Notes: generated by a model not told the origin, from the sequence alone. 42,220 bases of DNA from Candidatus Parcubacteria bacterium (GCA_023128895.1 JAGMDC010000007.1:1-42220); one strand, 5' to 3'; shown: positions 1 through 10,218, numbered from the stretch's first letter. Numbers and translations are program-made.

Positions 1-58
1 GATAAATAAATTGGGATATCTGAGAATAAGGGTTAGTGCTGAATTTAAATTAAAAATC

Positions 59-89
59 AAAAGGGACGAGAACATTTCTCGTTCTTTTT
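59..89 (+). terminator. Probable intrinsic terminator of the upstream (off-window) gene
   Basis: Hairpin AAAAGGGACGAGAA-cat-TTCTCGTTCTTTTT (two G-U pairs) ending in a T run. Confidence 0.55.
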
Positions 90-98
90 GATTTAAGT

Positions 99-127
99 TT
101 GCTATTTCGCGAAAAATTAGGTAAAAT
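99..127 (+). promoter_or_regulatory. Sigma70-type promoter of valS
   Basis: TTGCTA (99-104), 17-nt spacer, TAAAAT (122-127); ATG at 140, no SD. Confidence 0.55.
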
Positions 128-139
128 TTAGGTATAATC

Positions 140-2569
140 ATGAGAAAGAGGTATCCTAAAAATTTGAAAAAATGGCAGGAATTTTGGGAAAAAGAAAAAA
201 TCTACAAATTTGACGAAAAAAGTAACAAACAGATTTACAGCGTAGACACTCCCCCTCCAACCGTGAGCGGCAAGATGCATATAGGCCATTTATTCTCGTA
301 CACGCATCAGGATGTTATTATCAGGTTCCATCGGATGAAAGGCGAAAATATATTTTATCCCTTTGGAACTGATGACAACGGTCTGCCAACAGAAAGATTT
401 GTTGAAAAGCAAAAAAGAGTTAAAAGCGCGAGAATGAAAAGAAGCGCGTTTGTCAATCTCTGCCAGCAAACAGTAAAAGAATTAAAACCCAAATTTATTC
501 AAAATTGGAAAGACATTGGCTTGTCCGCTGATTTTGATTATTCTTATTCCACAATTGACAAGCATTGCCAAAAAATAAGCCAATCAATGTTTATTGAACT
601 TTACAATAAAAAGCGTGTTTATAGAAAACAAGCGCCTATAATGTGGTGTCCTACCTGTCAAACAGCCATTGCCCAGGCAGAATTAGAGGACAGGGAAAGA
701 GAATCGTTTTTAACCTATGTTAAGGTTAACGTCATTGATACAGATACACACATTATATTTGCAACAACAAGACCAGAATTATTGCCGGCCTGCGTTGGCA
801 TCAGTGTCCACCCTACGGACAAAAGATATAAAAAATTAATAGGGAAAAAGGTCAAAATGCCTATCACTGGCGCGGAAATTGCTATCACCGCAGACGAAAA
901 AACAAATAAAAATTATGGTTCCGGGGTTGTATATTACTGCTCTTACGGCGGAGTTGAGTGTATTGACTGGCTCGCGCGCCATCCAAAAGTAAAACCAATC
1001 AATATAATGGGCAAGGATGGGAAGTTTAACGAGAGCGCGGGCAAATACGCTGGGATGACCTCTCTGCAGGCGCGTGAAAAAATAGTGCTGGACTTAATAA
1101 AACTTAACGCAATAACAAAACAACAAAAAATAAAACACATAGTCAATACACACGATCGGTGCGGAACAGATATAGAATTCATTGCCACAAAGCAATGGTT
1201 TATTAAATATTTAGACCTAAAACAGGAATTTATTGAACTGGGAACAAAAATAAATTGGCATCCAAAATATATGAGAATCCGTTTTGAGAACTGGGTTAAA
1301 GGCCTTCAATGGGATTGGTGCATATCAAGACAAAGGTTTTTCGGAGTTCCCTTCCCTGTTTGGTATTGTAAAAAATGCGGAAAACACAAATTAGCTGATA
1401 TTAAGAATTTGCCTGTTGACCCATTGAAACACAAGCCCAAAACAAAATGTTCCTGCGGCAGTAATAAATTTATCCCCGAACAAGATATTTTAGACACATG
1501 GGCAACCAGTTCTTTAACTCCGCAAATCGCTGTTGAATTATTAAAAAACAAAAAACTGGGCAAAAATATTTTCCCGATGTCTTTGCGCCCGCAGGCGCAC
1601 GACATCATAAATACCTGGCTTTTCTACGCGCTCGCGCGCGGCAAACTGCATTTTAATAAAATTCCGTGGAAAAATATTTTAATCTCCGGGTTTGCGCTTG
1701 ACCCAAAAGGGGAAAAAATGTCAAAGTCGAAGGGAAATATTGTGGAGCCGCCAAAAGTTATAAAAAAATATCCTGTTGATGCTTTGCGATATTGGTCCGC
1801 GGAAGCAAGTTTGGGCAGAGATTTAAGATACGACGAAGAAGAACTAAAAAACGGGCATAGGTTAATGACCAAATTATGGAACGCGTCTCGCTTCTCATTC
1901 TCCCGTCTCAAAAATTTTAATGGCAGCAAACCGGATAAATTAGAGCCATTGGACAAATGGCTATTTTCCAAGTTGCAGACAACTATTAAAAACAGTACTG
2001 ATTATTTTGAAAAATACGAATTCGCGAAAGCCAAAAAAGAAATTGAGGATTTTTTCTGGAAAACTTTTTGCGACAATTATCTGGAATTAGTAAAATATCG
2101 CCTTTATTCGCGCAAAAACAAGCAGGCAAAACAATCCGCGAGATATACTTTATACACAACGCTCTTTGCTATATTAAAATTATGGGCGCCAATAATTCCC
2201 TACATTACTGAAGAAATTTATCAATCAAATTTCAGGAAACTGGAAAAAACAAAAAGTATTCACATAACCAAATGGCCTGAATATAACAAAGAATTAGTTG
2301 ATAAAGAGATAGAAAGAAAAACACAGACCTTGATTGATTTAATCGCAATAATAAGAAAAGAAAAATCAAACAAGGGTTATTCTCTGAAAAAAGAGATTAG
2401 AAATCTTACAATTTCCGCCGACAAAAACATTATTCAATCCCTAACTGATTTTCTGGAGGACTTAAAAGCAATCGGCAATATATCTTTTATTGGATTTGGA
2501 AATTTCACATTAGCAGACCAAAACATTATAACCGTAAACCCTAATCTAAAAGTCAAAATTGTCTTTTAG
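140..2569 (+). CDS. valS: Valine--tRNA ligase, archaeal-type (type 2)
   Basis: DTPPPTVSG..HIGH, DDNGLPTER, DWCISRQR, KMSKS; no long C-terminal coiled coil. Confidence 0.93.
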   Translation: MRKRYPKNLKKWQEFWEKEKIYKFDEKSNKQIYSVDTPPPTVSGKMHIGHLFSYTHQDVIIRFHRMKGENIFYPFGTDDNGLPTERFVEKQKRVKSARMKRSAFVNLCQQTVKELKPKFIQNWKDIGLSADFDYSYSTIDKHCQKISQSMFIELYNKKRVYRKQAPIMWCPTCQTAIAQAELEDRERESFLTYVKVNVIDTDTHIIFATTRPELLPACVGISVHPTDKRYKKLIGKKVKMPITGAEIAITADEKTNKNYGSGVVYYCSYGGVECIDWLARHPKVKPINIMGKDGKFNESAGKYAGMTSLQAREKIVLDLIKLNAITKQQKIKHIVNTHDRCGTDIEFIATKQWFIKYLDLKQEFIELGTKINWHPKYMRIRFENWVKGLQWDWCISRQRFFGVPFPVWYCKKCGKHKLADIKNLPVDPLKHKPKTKCSCGSNKFIPEQDILDTWATSSLTPQIAVELLKNKKLGKNIFPMSLRPQAHDIINTWLFYALARGKLHFNKIPWKNILISGFALDPKGEKMSKSKGNIVEPPKVIKKYPVDALRYWSAEASLGRDLRYDEEELKNGHRLMTKLWNASRFSFSRLKNFNGSKPDKLEPLDKWLFSKLQTTIKNSTDYFEKYEFAKAKKEIEDFFWKTFCDNYLELVKYRLYSRKNKQAKQSARYTLYTTLFAILKLWAPIIPYITEEIYQSNFRKLEKTKSIHITKWPEYNKELVDKEIERKTQTLIDLIAIIRKEKSNKGYSLKKEIRNLTISADKNIIQSLTDFLEDLKAIGNISFIGFGNFTLADQNIITVNPNLKVKIVF

Positions 2570-2584
2570 AATACATTTTCTTGT

Positions 2585-2632
2585 TTGCTCTGACCGAAGC
2601 ACTCAATGTTTTGAGGGCTTCGGTCGCTCGCT
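2585..2632 (-). repeat. Dispersed AGCGAG-hairpin-GAGCRA element (copy D)
   Basis: Stem GACCGAAGC.CTCAA/TTGAG.GCTTCGGTC (2592-2625); minus-strand flanks AGCGAG and GAGCAA. Confidence 0.55.
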
Positions 2633-2644
2633 TCACTGCGAAAA

Positions 2645-2673
2645 TTGAATTTTGATGAAAAAAATGATATGGT
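2645..2673 (+). promoter_or_regulatory. Promoter of gyrA, probably giving a leaderless mRNA
   Basis: TTGAAT (2645-50), 17 nt, extended -10 TGaTATGGT (-10 at 2668-73); ATG follows after 6 nt. Confidence 0.55.
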
Positions 2674-2679
2674 AATTTA

Positions 2680-5163
2680 ATGGATAATAATAAATCAAAT
2701 AACAATTCAGAAAAAGAAAAAAAACAAACACAGGAAATTGGGTACATAAAACCCAGAGAAATTGTTGAAGAAATGAAGGACTCATATATTGACTACGCAA
2801 TGTCAGTGATTGTTTCGCGTGCTTTGCCGGATGTCCGAGACGGATTAAAACCAGTCCACCGCAGAATTTTATTCGCGATGACGGAAATGGGATTAAAACA
2901 TAATGTCAAGTTCAGAAAATCCGCGACAGTCACTGGAGAAGTAATGGGCAAATTCCATCCGCATGGGGATATGGCTATCTATGATTCAATAGCCAGAATG
3001 GCGCAAGATTTTTCTTTAAGATACCCATTGGTCCAGGGCCAAGGCAATTTCGGGTCAATCGATGGAGACCCTGCGAGTGCAATGAGATATACAGAGTGCA
3101 GATTGTCAAAAATCGGGGAGGAGATGCTGAAAAATATTGAAAAAGAAACAGTGGATTTCAGGGATAATTACGACGCGACAAGAAAAGAGCCGGTTGTTCT
3201 GCCCTCGCCTGTTCCGCAACTTTTGCTTAACGGCACGCTTGGCATTGCTGTTGGTATGGCTACCAATATCCCCCCGCATAATTTAACAGAAGTTGTGGAC
3301 GCAACAATTTATCTGGTTGACAATCCAAAAGCCGACACTCCTGAATTGTTCAAAATCATTAAGGGTCCTGATTTTCCAGGGGGCGGAATGATTTATAATC
3401 AAAAAGAAATCATGGAAGCGTATTCTGTTGGCAAGGGACCCATAGAAAGCCGCGGCAAAGCGGAAATTATTGAAGATAAAAAAGGCAGGAACAGTATTTT
3501 AATCACGGAAATTCCTTATCAGGTCCAAAAATCCGGATTGGTCCAGCAAATCGCTAATTTAGTCCAGGACAAAAAAATTGTTGGGGTAAAAACCGTGCGG
3601 GACGAATCAGACCGCGAAGGAATGAGAGTTGTGATTGAACTGCAGAGAGACGCTTTCCCTCAAAAAATCTTGAACCGCCTCTATAAATTTTCCGACCTTC
3701 AAAAAACATTTCACTTAAATATGCTTGCTTTGGCAGACGGGATCCAGCCAAAGGTCTTGTCATTAAGCGAGGTTTTAACTTATTTTGTTGAACATAAGAA
3801 ACAAGTAGTAATAAGAAGAACTCAATTTGACTTAAAAAAAGCGCAGGAAAGGGCGCATATACTGGAAGGGCTGCATAAGTGTTTGTCAAAAATTGACGCT
3901 GTGATTAAAACAATCAAAGCGTCAAAAAACAGGGAAGACGCGCAGAAAAATTTAATGAAAAAATTCAAACTCACGGAAATTCAGGCAACCGCGATTTTGG
4001 AAATGAAATTAGCGAATTTAGCGAAACTGGAAAGGCAAAGAATAGAAGACGAACTAAAGGAAAAGGAAAAAATGATAAAAGAATTTACAGAACTTTTAAA
4101 AAGCCCTAAAAAAATAAAGGATTTGATGAAAAAAGAATTAAGAGAAGCAAAAGAAACATTTGGCGATGAAAGAAGAACCAGGGTTTACGCCCAAAAAATA
4201 GGAGAAATAGCGGAAGAGGATTTAATCCCGCAGGAAGAAACAGTGATAACTTTGACTCGCGGCGGATATATTAAAAGAGTTAATCCAGATATTTACAAAA
4301 TACAAAAAAGAGGCGGTAAAGGAATTATGGGAATGAAAACTTTGGGAGAAGACGTAATAGAACATTTTATTTCCTGTCAAACCCATGACTCTCTGCTGTT
4401 CTTTACTGATTCCGGAAAAGTGTTCAAAGTGCCTGCTTATGAAATCCCAGAGGGCTCCCGCGTGGCAAAAGGCCGCGGCATTCTGAATTTCCTGGAGATC
4501 ACGATTCAGGAAAAAATCCTGTCTGTTTTTTCATTAGGGAAAGAAGACGAGAAACTGGGGATAAAATATTTAGCAATGGCGACAAAAAATGGTATAATAA
4601 AAAGGACGGAATTAAATGATTTCAAAAATGTGAGAAAAAGCGGATTAATAGCGATTACCCTTAAAAAGGGCGATTCTCTCCGAACTGTGTGTAAAAGCGC
4701 TGGAAAAGATGAAATTATTTTAGTGACAAAGCAGGGCCAATCCATTAGATTCCTTGAGAAAAATATAAGGCCTATGTCAAGAATTGCTGCTGGAAATATA
4801 GGGATAAGATTAAAAAAAGGAGATGAGTTGATAGGAATGAACGTGATAAAAGAAAAAACAGAAAATTACTTGCTGGCGCTTATGGAAAACGGATATGGGA
4901 AAAGAACTAATTTGAAAGAATACCGTTTACAGGGCAGAGGCGGTTCCGGCATTAAAGCAGCAAATGTCACTGAAAAAACAGGTGAAATAAAAACGACAAA
5001 AATTTTAACAGGTGAAGAAGAGGATTTAATAGTTATTTCGCAAAAAGGCCAGGTTATCAAAACTCCAATTTCATCTGTTCCTAAATTAGGCAGGCCCACG
5101 CAAGGGGTTAAAATAATGCGTTTAGATAAAGGCGACAAAATAGCGTCAGCGGCATGTATGTAA
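2680..5163 (+). CDS. gyrA: DNA gyrase subunit A
   Basis: [20 protein letters not shown] (catalytic Tyr), GyrA-box QKRGGKG, C-terminal pinwheel repeats. Confidence 0.97.
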   Translation: MDNNKSNNNSEKEKKQTQEIGYIKPREIVEEMKDSYIDYAMSVIVSRALPDVRDGLKPVHRRILFAMTEMGLKHNVKFRKSATVTGEVMGKFHPHGDMAIYDSIARMAQDFSLRYPLVQGQGNFGSIDGDPASAMRYTECRLSKIGEEMLKNIEKETVDFRDNYDATRKEPVVLPSPVPQLLLNGTLGIAVGMATNIPPHNLTEVVDATIYLVDNPKADTPELFKIIKGPDFPGGGMIYNQKEIMEAYSVGKGPIESRGKAEIIEDKKGRNSILITEIPYQVQKSGLVQQIANLVQDKKIVGVKTVRDESDREGMRVVIELQRDAFPQKILNRLYKFSDLQKTFHLNMLALADGIQPKVLSLSEVLTYFVEHKKQVVIRRTQFDLKKAQERAHILEGLHKCLSKIDAVIKTIKASKNREDAQKNLMKKFKLTEIQATAILEMKLANLAKLERQRIEDELKEKEKMIKEFTELLKSPKKIKDLMKKELREAKETFGDERRTRVYAQKIGEIAEEDLIPQEETVITLTRGGYIKRVNPDIYKIQKRGGKGIMGMKTLGEDVIEHFISCQTHDSLLFFTDSGKVFKVPAYEIPEGSRVAKGRGILNFLEITIQEKILSVFSLGKEDEKLGIKYLAMATKNGIIKRTELNDFKNVRKSGLIAITLKKGDSLRTVCKSAGKDEIILVTKQGQSIRFLEKNIRPMSRIAAGNIGIRLKKGDELIGMNVIKEKTENYLLALMENGYGKRTNLKEYRLQGRGGSGIKAANVTEKTGEIKTTKILTGEEEDLIVISQKGQVIKTPISSVPKLGRPTQGVKIMRLDKGDKIASAACM

Positions 5164-5179
5164 ATATAATAATTTTTCA

Positions 5180-5767
5180 ATGAATCAATTTTCAAACAAC
5201 AAAGGGTTTACGCTGATAGAAGTTGTGGTTTCTATTTTTATGTTTTTTTCAATATTTGTAGTGATTTTAGGATTTTTCGGATATGCTGTTAAGGGACAGA
5301 AAAAAGCGCTTGCCTCGCAAGAGATTTCTGACCAAATAAGTTATGTTATGGAATATATGAGCAGAAGCATAAGAATGGCAAACAAGGATGTGGGAGGAAC
5401 TTGTATCGCGGCTGGAAAAAATTATGAAATCACAACCCCTATGGCAGGATATTCTTGCATAAGATTTTTGAATTATGACAATAAATGTCAAGAATTTTGT
5501 TTTGATTCAAACAACAATCAATTAAAAAGACGTAAATCTGGTGATGGCGGCTCTGGAGGACTTGTCGGCTCTGAAGTGGACATAACCTCATCCAAACTCA
5601 AAGTAAATTCCGCTCAATTCAACATTATTGGCAACGGAATTGGGGATAATATTCAGCCAAAGATAACTATTTCTCTTGATGTGGAAAAAAATGCTGAAAA
5701 GCCGGAATACAACGCCCAAATCAAAATCCAATCCACAATTTCGCAAAGAAACCTTGATACGAACTAA
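5180..5767 (+). CDS. Minor type IV pilin (PilW/PulJ-like)
   Basis: Class III signal NKG|FTLIEVVVS followed by a hydrophobic helix. Confidence 0.85.
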   Translation: MNQFSNNKGFTLIEVVVSIFMFFSIFVVILGFFGYAVKGQKKALASQEISDQISYVMEYMSRSIRMANKDVGGTCIAAGKNYEITTPMAGYSCIRFLNYDNKCQEFCFDSNNNQLKRRKSGDGGSGGLVGSEVDITSSKLKVNSAQFNIIGNGIGDNIQPKITISLDVEKNAEKPEYNAQIKIQSTISQRNLDTN

Positions 5768-5778
5768 CGGCTGCAGCC

Positions 5779-5852
5779 GTCACCCTGAACGATAGCGAAG
5801 GGTCTCGTCCCAACAGTGATACAAAGAGACTCTTCGCTCCGCTCAGAATGAC
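5779..5852. repeat. REP-like inverted repeat element
   Basis: Arms GTCACCCTGAACGATAGCGAAGGGTCTC / GAGACTCTTCGCTCCGCTCAGAATGAC. Confidence 0.7.
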
Positions 5853-5862
5853 AATAAAAACA

Positions 5863-6267
5863 ATGAAACAATTTTCAAACTCTCAAAAAGGCGTAGCATT
5901 GTATGTTACTTTAATCGTCACATCCATAGTTCTGGCGATTGCTTTGGGCATAAGCTTGATTTTAGTTGGACAATTAAAAATGACAAGGGAAATCGGAGAT
6001 TCGACAAAAGCGTTTTTTGCCGCAGACGCCGGCATGGAAAGGGTGCTTGATCAAAGTATATCTGAAATTGAAACAAACAACGGTTATTATTCCGCTTCTT
6101 TTGACGGAAACCCTGATTATGGTTACGAAGTTTGGGTATACAGCAGTCCTAGTTGCGCTATCTGCGGGACCATACCAGTTGACGCTGCTTGTACCGGACA
6201 ATATCTTTGCTACAGGTCAAAAGGATTTTATAAAAGCATTAATAGGGCAATAGAGATTGTGAGGTGA
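5863..6267 (+). CDS. Minor pilin, PilX/GspK-like
   Basis: QKG|VALYVTL without Glu5, 'AFFAADAGME' motif; start moved from 5848 (inside the repeat) to MKQFSNSQKG, which parallels MNQFSNNKG of the upstream gene. Confidence 0.8.
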   Translation: MKQFSNSQKGVALYVTLIVTSIVLAIALGISLILVGQLKMTREIGDSTKAFFAADAGMERVLDQSISEIETNNGYYSASFDGNPDYGYEVWVYSSPSCAICGTIPVDAACTGQYLCYRSKGFYKSINRAIEIVR

Positions 6268-6274
6268 AGTGCGC

Positions 6275-6359
6275 ATAATATTGCGGCTATGCCGCATAAT
6301 TACTCGCTCGGAATAAATACAAAAACAAGCTTTTGTATTTATTCCTCGCTCATAATTAT
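6275..6359 (-). repeat. 85-bp two-hairpin element (copy A), inverted relative to 10130-10214
   Basis: Reverse complement matches 10130-10214 at 70/85 without gaps; perfect 15-bp stem 6310-6345. Confidence 0.85.
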
Positions 6360-8355
6360 GAATAGAATACAGGCGAAAAAGAGAATTGAAAAACTAAAAG
6401 CGGTGATTTCTTATCACCGTTATTTATATCATGTGTTAGACAAGCAGGAAATCTCTGACGAGGCTTTGGATTCCCTGAAACACGAACTCTATAAACTGGA
6501 ACAGCAATATCCGGATTTGCTCACTCCTGATTCTCCGACTCAGCGCGTAGGCGGCGAGCCCTTGAAGGAATTCAAAAAAGTAGAGCATAAAACGCCTATG
6601 CTTTCTATGGAGGATATTTTCTCGCAAGAAGAATTAAAAGATTGGGAAAACTATCTGAAACGGCTTTTGCCCGGGACATCGTTTAATTATTTTTGCGAAC
6701 CGAAAATAGACGGTTTTGCCATTAGTTTAATTTACAAAAATGGTGTTTTAATTCAGGGATCCACGCGCGGGGACGGAAAAATCGGAGAAAATGTGACGCA
6801 AAATTTAAAAACTATTGAAAGCATCCCATTAAAATTGAAATTGAGTCAAGACCCGAGATTGACAAAAGAGGTTGACATCAGGGGCGAGGTCTATATGGAA
6901 AAAAAGGATTTTGAAAAATTCAACAAAAAAAGAAAACAACTGAATGAACAGCCCTTTGCCAATCCCAGAAATTTGGCTGCCGGTTCTATCAGGCAGCTTG
7001 ACTCAAAACTTATGGCTTCCCGCCCTTTGAAATTTTTGGCTTATGATATTGCGAGCGACCTCGGACAAACAACACACTCTCAAGGGCACCAAATACTGCT
7101 CTCTTTGGGATTCAAAACCGAACTCGGCAAAAAATGCGCGAATTTACAAGAAATACAAAAATACTGGCAAAAAGTATCACAAAAGAGAAAAAATCTCGCT
7201 TTCCAAATTGACGGCATAGTGATCAATGTTGAAAATAATTCGTTTTTCAAAAAATTAGGAACAGCGGGAAAAAGCCCAAGAGGCGCGAGGGCTTTCAAAT
7301 TTTTTCCGGAACAAGCGACAACTATTATTGAAGATGTAAAATTCCAAATTGGAAGAACAGGCGCCATAACTCCGGTTGCTTTGTTAAAACCAATAAAAAT
7401 AGGGGGAACAACTGTGTCAAAAGCAACATTGCATAACGAAGACGAAATCAAGCGATTAGGAGTAAAAATAGGAGACACGATAATAGTTGAAAGAGCAGGA
7501 GATGTAATCCCTGCAGTGGAAAAAGTCCTGCCAGAACTGCGCGACGGAAAAGAAAAAAGAATTCAAATGCCAACTATCTGCCCTGTATGTAAGACCCCTT
7601 TAATTAAACCAAAAGGAGAGGTTATATGGAGGTGCCCGAATAAAAATTGTTTTGCCGTAAAAAGAGAATTATTAGAGCATTTTGCTTCCAAAAAGGGCTT
7701 TAATATTGACGGATTGGGACCGAAAATTATAAACAAACTATTGGAGGAAAATTTAATATGGTCTCCTTGCGATTTCTTTCATCTTTCCAAGGGAGATTTA
7801 TCTCCTTTGGAAAGATTTGCGGAAAAGTCAGATGAAAATTTAATACAAGCAATCCAGAAAAGCAAGACAATTCCTTTATCCAGATTTATTTATGCCTTGG
7901 GCATCCGTTTTGTGGGTGAAGAAACAGCAATTGTGCTTGCGCAATATTTCGGCTCTCTAAAAAAAATCATGGAAGCAAACAAACAGGAATTATCAGCAGT
8001 GCCGGATGTCGGACCTCGGGTCTCCAACAGCATCTTTAATTGGTTTCGAGAAAAAGACAATCAAAAATTAATTACTGATTTGATAAGCGCGGGAATAAGA
8101 ATTCTTGCTCCGGCAAAAATATCGCGAAAATTATCCGGAAAAACATTTGTTTTGACAGGGACATTAAATTCAATGACACGGGAGCAGACAAAAAACAAAA
8201 TTCGGTTTTTGGGAGGCGATGTCCCGAATTCAATTTCTCAAAAAACTATGTTTCTGGTTGTTGGCAAAAACCCTGGGGAGACAAAAACAAAAAAAGCCAA
8301 AAAAGTTGGTATAAAAATCATACACGAAAAAGAATTTCTAAAAATGATCAAGTGA
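6358..8355 (+). CDS. ligA: NAD-dependent DNA ligase
   Basis: EPKIDG, TRGDG, FANPRN, Cys4 zinc finger, HhH repeats, BRCT; the 6289 start lies in the repeat, so 6358 is preferred. Confidence 0.97.
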   Translation: MNRIQAKKRIEKLKAVISYHRYLYHVLDKQEISDEALDSLKHELYKLEQQYPDLLTPDSPTQRVGGEPLKEFKKVEHKTPMLSMEDIFSQEELKDWENYLKRLLPGTSFNYFCEPKIDGFAISLIYKNGVLIQGSTRGDGKIGENVTQNLKTIESIPLKLKLSQDPRLTKEVDIRGEVYMEKKDFEKFNKKRKQLNEQPFANPRNLAAGSIRQLDSKLMASRPLKFLAYDIASDLGQTTHSQGHQILLSLGFKTELGKKCANLQEIQKYWQKVSQKRKNLAFQIDGIVINVENNSFFKKLGTAGKSPRGARAFKFFPEQATTIIEDVKFQIGRTGAITPVALLKPIKIGGTTVSKATLHNEDEIKRLGVKIGDTIIVERAGDVIPAVEKVLPELRDGKEKRIQMPTICPVCKTPLIKPKGEVIWRCPNKNCFAVKRELLEHFASKKGFNIDGLGPKIINKLLEENLIWSPCDFFHLSKGDLSPLERFAEKSDENLIQAIQKSKTIPLSRFIYALGIRFVGEETAIVLAQYFGSLKKIMEANKQELSAVPDVGPRVSNSIFNWFREKDNQKLITDLISAGIRILAPAKISRKLSGKTFVLTGTLNSMTREQTKNKIRFLGGDVPNSISQKTMFLVVGKNPGETKTKKAKKVGIKIIHEKEFLKMIK

Positions 8356-8364
8356 AATTGTTTT

Positions 8365-9459
8365 ATGTCTTTTTTTTCTTATCTAAAAAGGTTTGATTGG
8401 ATTTTAATTAGCGCGGTGATTTTGCTCGCTGGCATTGGATTGGTTTCTCTTTACAGCTCCTCTCTGGCAAAAGGGGATTTTTCTAATTTTAACAAACAAA
8501 TTGTGTTTTTAATAATAGGGATATCCTTGATGTTTTTATTTTCTTTTTTTGATTACAGAATATTAAAAAACAATCCTTATCTCATTTTATTTTTATATTC
8601 TCTTTGCTGTTTTGCTTTATTGGGATTATTCTTTTTCGCTCCTGAAATCAGAGGAGTGAAATCCTGGTATAAAGTAGGGGGCTTGTCTATAGACCCTATA
8701 GAATTTACAAAAATTGTGTTAATAATCTTACTGGCAAAATATTTTTCCGCGCGGCATATTGAAATGTATAAAATAAAACATATTCTTGTGTCCGGCCTCT
8801 ATGTTTTAATACCCTGTGTTTTAATCTTTTTCCAGCCAGACCTTGGTTCTACTCTGATTTTGGGTTTTATTTGGCTGACAATTTTAATAATTTCCGGAAT
8901 AAAAATACGGCATTTTTTGATTTTGTGCTTGTGCGGTGTTCTGATTTTCAGTCTGGGATGGTCATTTTTAATGAAAGATTATCAAAAACAAAGAATTTTA
9001 AGTTTTGTAGCGCCAACAGTTGACCCATTGGGCGCTGGCTGGTCCCAGACCCAGTCGAAAATTGCTATTGGTTCCGGAGGAATCTTTGGCAAAGGCATAG
9101 GACAGGGATCCCAAACCCAGTATGGATTTTTACCTGAACCGCAAACCGATTTTATTTTCGCGGCAATTGCCGAAGAAACTGGCTTTATCGGCGTTAGCGC
9201 CCTGCTTATTTTATTTTTAATACTGGTTTGGCGGGTTATAAAAAAAGCTCTGGTTTGCTCTACTAATTTTTCCCGATTATTCGCTACTGGATTAGCAGCG
9301 CTTTTTTTCTGTCAAATTTTCATTAATATTGGAATGAATCTCGGACTCCTGCCTATCATTGGAATATCTCTGCCATTTGTTAGTTACGGCGGCGGCGGAT
9401 TAATCCTCAACCTTATCGCTCTCGGACTTTTGCAGAACATCCATTCCAGTCGCGGGTAA
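8365..9459 (+). CDS. rodA: SEDS peptidoglycan polymerase RodA
   Basis: Polytopic; QPDLG, QSKIAIGSGG, LPEPQTDFIFA, LPFVSYGG. Confidence 0.88.
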   Translation: MSFFSYLKRFDWILISAVILLAGIGLVSLYSSSLAKGDFSNFNKQIVFLIIGISLMFLFSFFDYRILKNNPYLILFLYSLCCFALLGLFFFAPEIRGVKSWYKVGGLSIDPIEFTKIVLIILLAKYFSARHIEMYKIKHILVSGLYVLIPCVLIFFQPDLGSTLILGFIWLTILIISGIKIRHFLILCLCGVLIFSLGWSFLMKDYQKQRILSFVAPTVDPLGAGWSQTQSKIAIGSGGIFGKGIGQGSQTQYGFLPEPQTDFIFAAIAEETGFIGVSALLILFLILVWRVIKKALVCSTNFSRLFATGLAALFFCQIFINIGMNLGLLPIIGISLPFVSYGGGGLILNLIALGLLQNIHSSRG

Positions 9460-9495
9460 AAAACACATAAATGAAATTTAATAATAATTAAAAAT

Positions 9496-9987
9496 ATGAA
9501 AAATAATTTTGAAATTAGAAAAGCGAATATCAAAGATTTAGAACATATTCTTAGATTATATCATGAATTGCTCAAAGAAGAATTCAAAAAGTTTGACAAA
9601 AGCTTAAATCCGAATTGGGCATATAGCAAGTTAACGAAAAAATATTTCCAAGAAAGAATTACGAAAAAAAATGGATTTATAGAGGTTGTGGAAAACAACA
9701 AAAAAATAATTGGATATTTATGCGGAGGAATATCAGAGCAATCATTTTATTTATATCGTCAAAAAGCAAAATATGCTAGATTAGACGAAATGCTAATTGA
9801 CAAAAAATTCAGAGGCAAAAATTTAGGAACTAAATTAGTTAAAGATTTTGTGAAATGGTGCGAAAAAAATAAAGTTGATTATATTTCTGTTACCGCGTCG
9901 GTTGGAAATAAAAAATCCTTAAATTTTTACAGAAAACTCGGGTTTAAGGATTACGATTTAACTTTAGAGATGAAAATGAAAAAATGA
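9496..9987 (+). CDS. GNAT-family N-acetyltransferase
   Basis: IRKA start, acetyl-CoA motif FRGKNLGTKL, N..SLNFYRKLGF. Confidence 0.9.
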   Translation: MKNNFEIRKANIKDLEHILRLYHELLKEEFKKFDKSLNPNWAYSKLTKKYFQERITKKNGFIEVVENNKKIIGYLCGGISEQSFYLYRQKAKYARLDEMLIDKKFRGKNLGTKLVKDFVKWCEKNKVDYISVTASVGNKKSLNFYRKLGFKDYDLTLEMKMKK

Positions 9988-9996
9988 AAAACCCTG

Positions 9997-10048
9997 CAAC
10001 CTTATCGCCCTCGGACTCCTGCAGAACATAAGTTTTAGTCGCGGGTAA
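9997..10048 (+). repeat. Diverged direct repeat of the rodA 3' end (9408-9459)
   Basis: 44/52 identity; encodes NLIALGLLQNISFSRG* versus NLIALGLLQNIHSSRG*. Confidence 0.9.
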
Positions 10049-10075
10049 TCTATTTTTCTTTTCATTATAAATTAT

Positions 10076-10134
10076 TTATCCACAGGTTAAGGAAAACACG
10101 CTGGTATACATACATCCTGTTATTGTGATATAAT
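10076..10134 (+). promoter_or_regulatory. DnaA box plus extended -10 promoter of the VirB6-like gene
   Basis: TTATCCACA 10076-84; TGaTATAAT 10126-34. Confidence 0.6.
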
Positions 10135-10214
10135 TAGGAGCGAGGGAGAAGTACAAAAATTCATTTTTGTATTTTAACCGAGCGAGTAATTATGCGGCTT
10201 TGCCGCAATAATAG
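10130..10214 (+). repeat. 85-bp two-hairpin element (copy B)
   Basis: GAGCGAG-hairpin-CCGAGCGAG followed by TGCGGC-ttt-GCCGCA; see copy A. Confidence 0.85.
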
Positions 10215-10218
10215 TTTA

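Noticed and set aside
1-139. T-box riboswitch upstream of valS
   Set aside because: No TGGNACC antiterminator bulge, and the likely valS promoter lies downstream of the hairpin
2680-5163. ParC instead of GyrA
   Set aside because: Intact GyrA-box QKRGGKG is present
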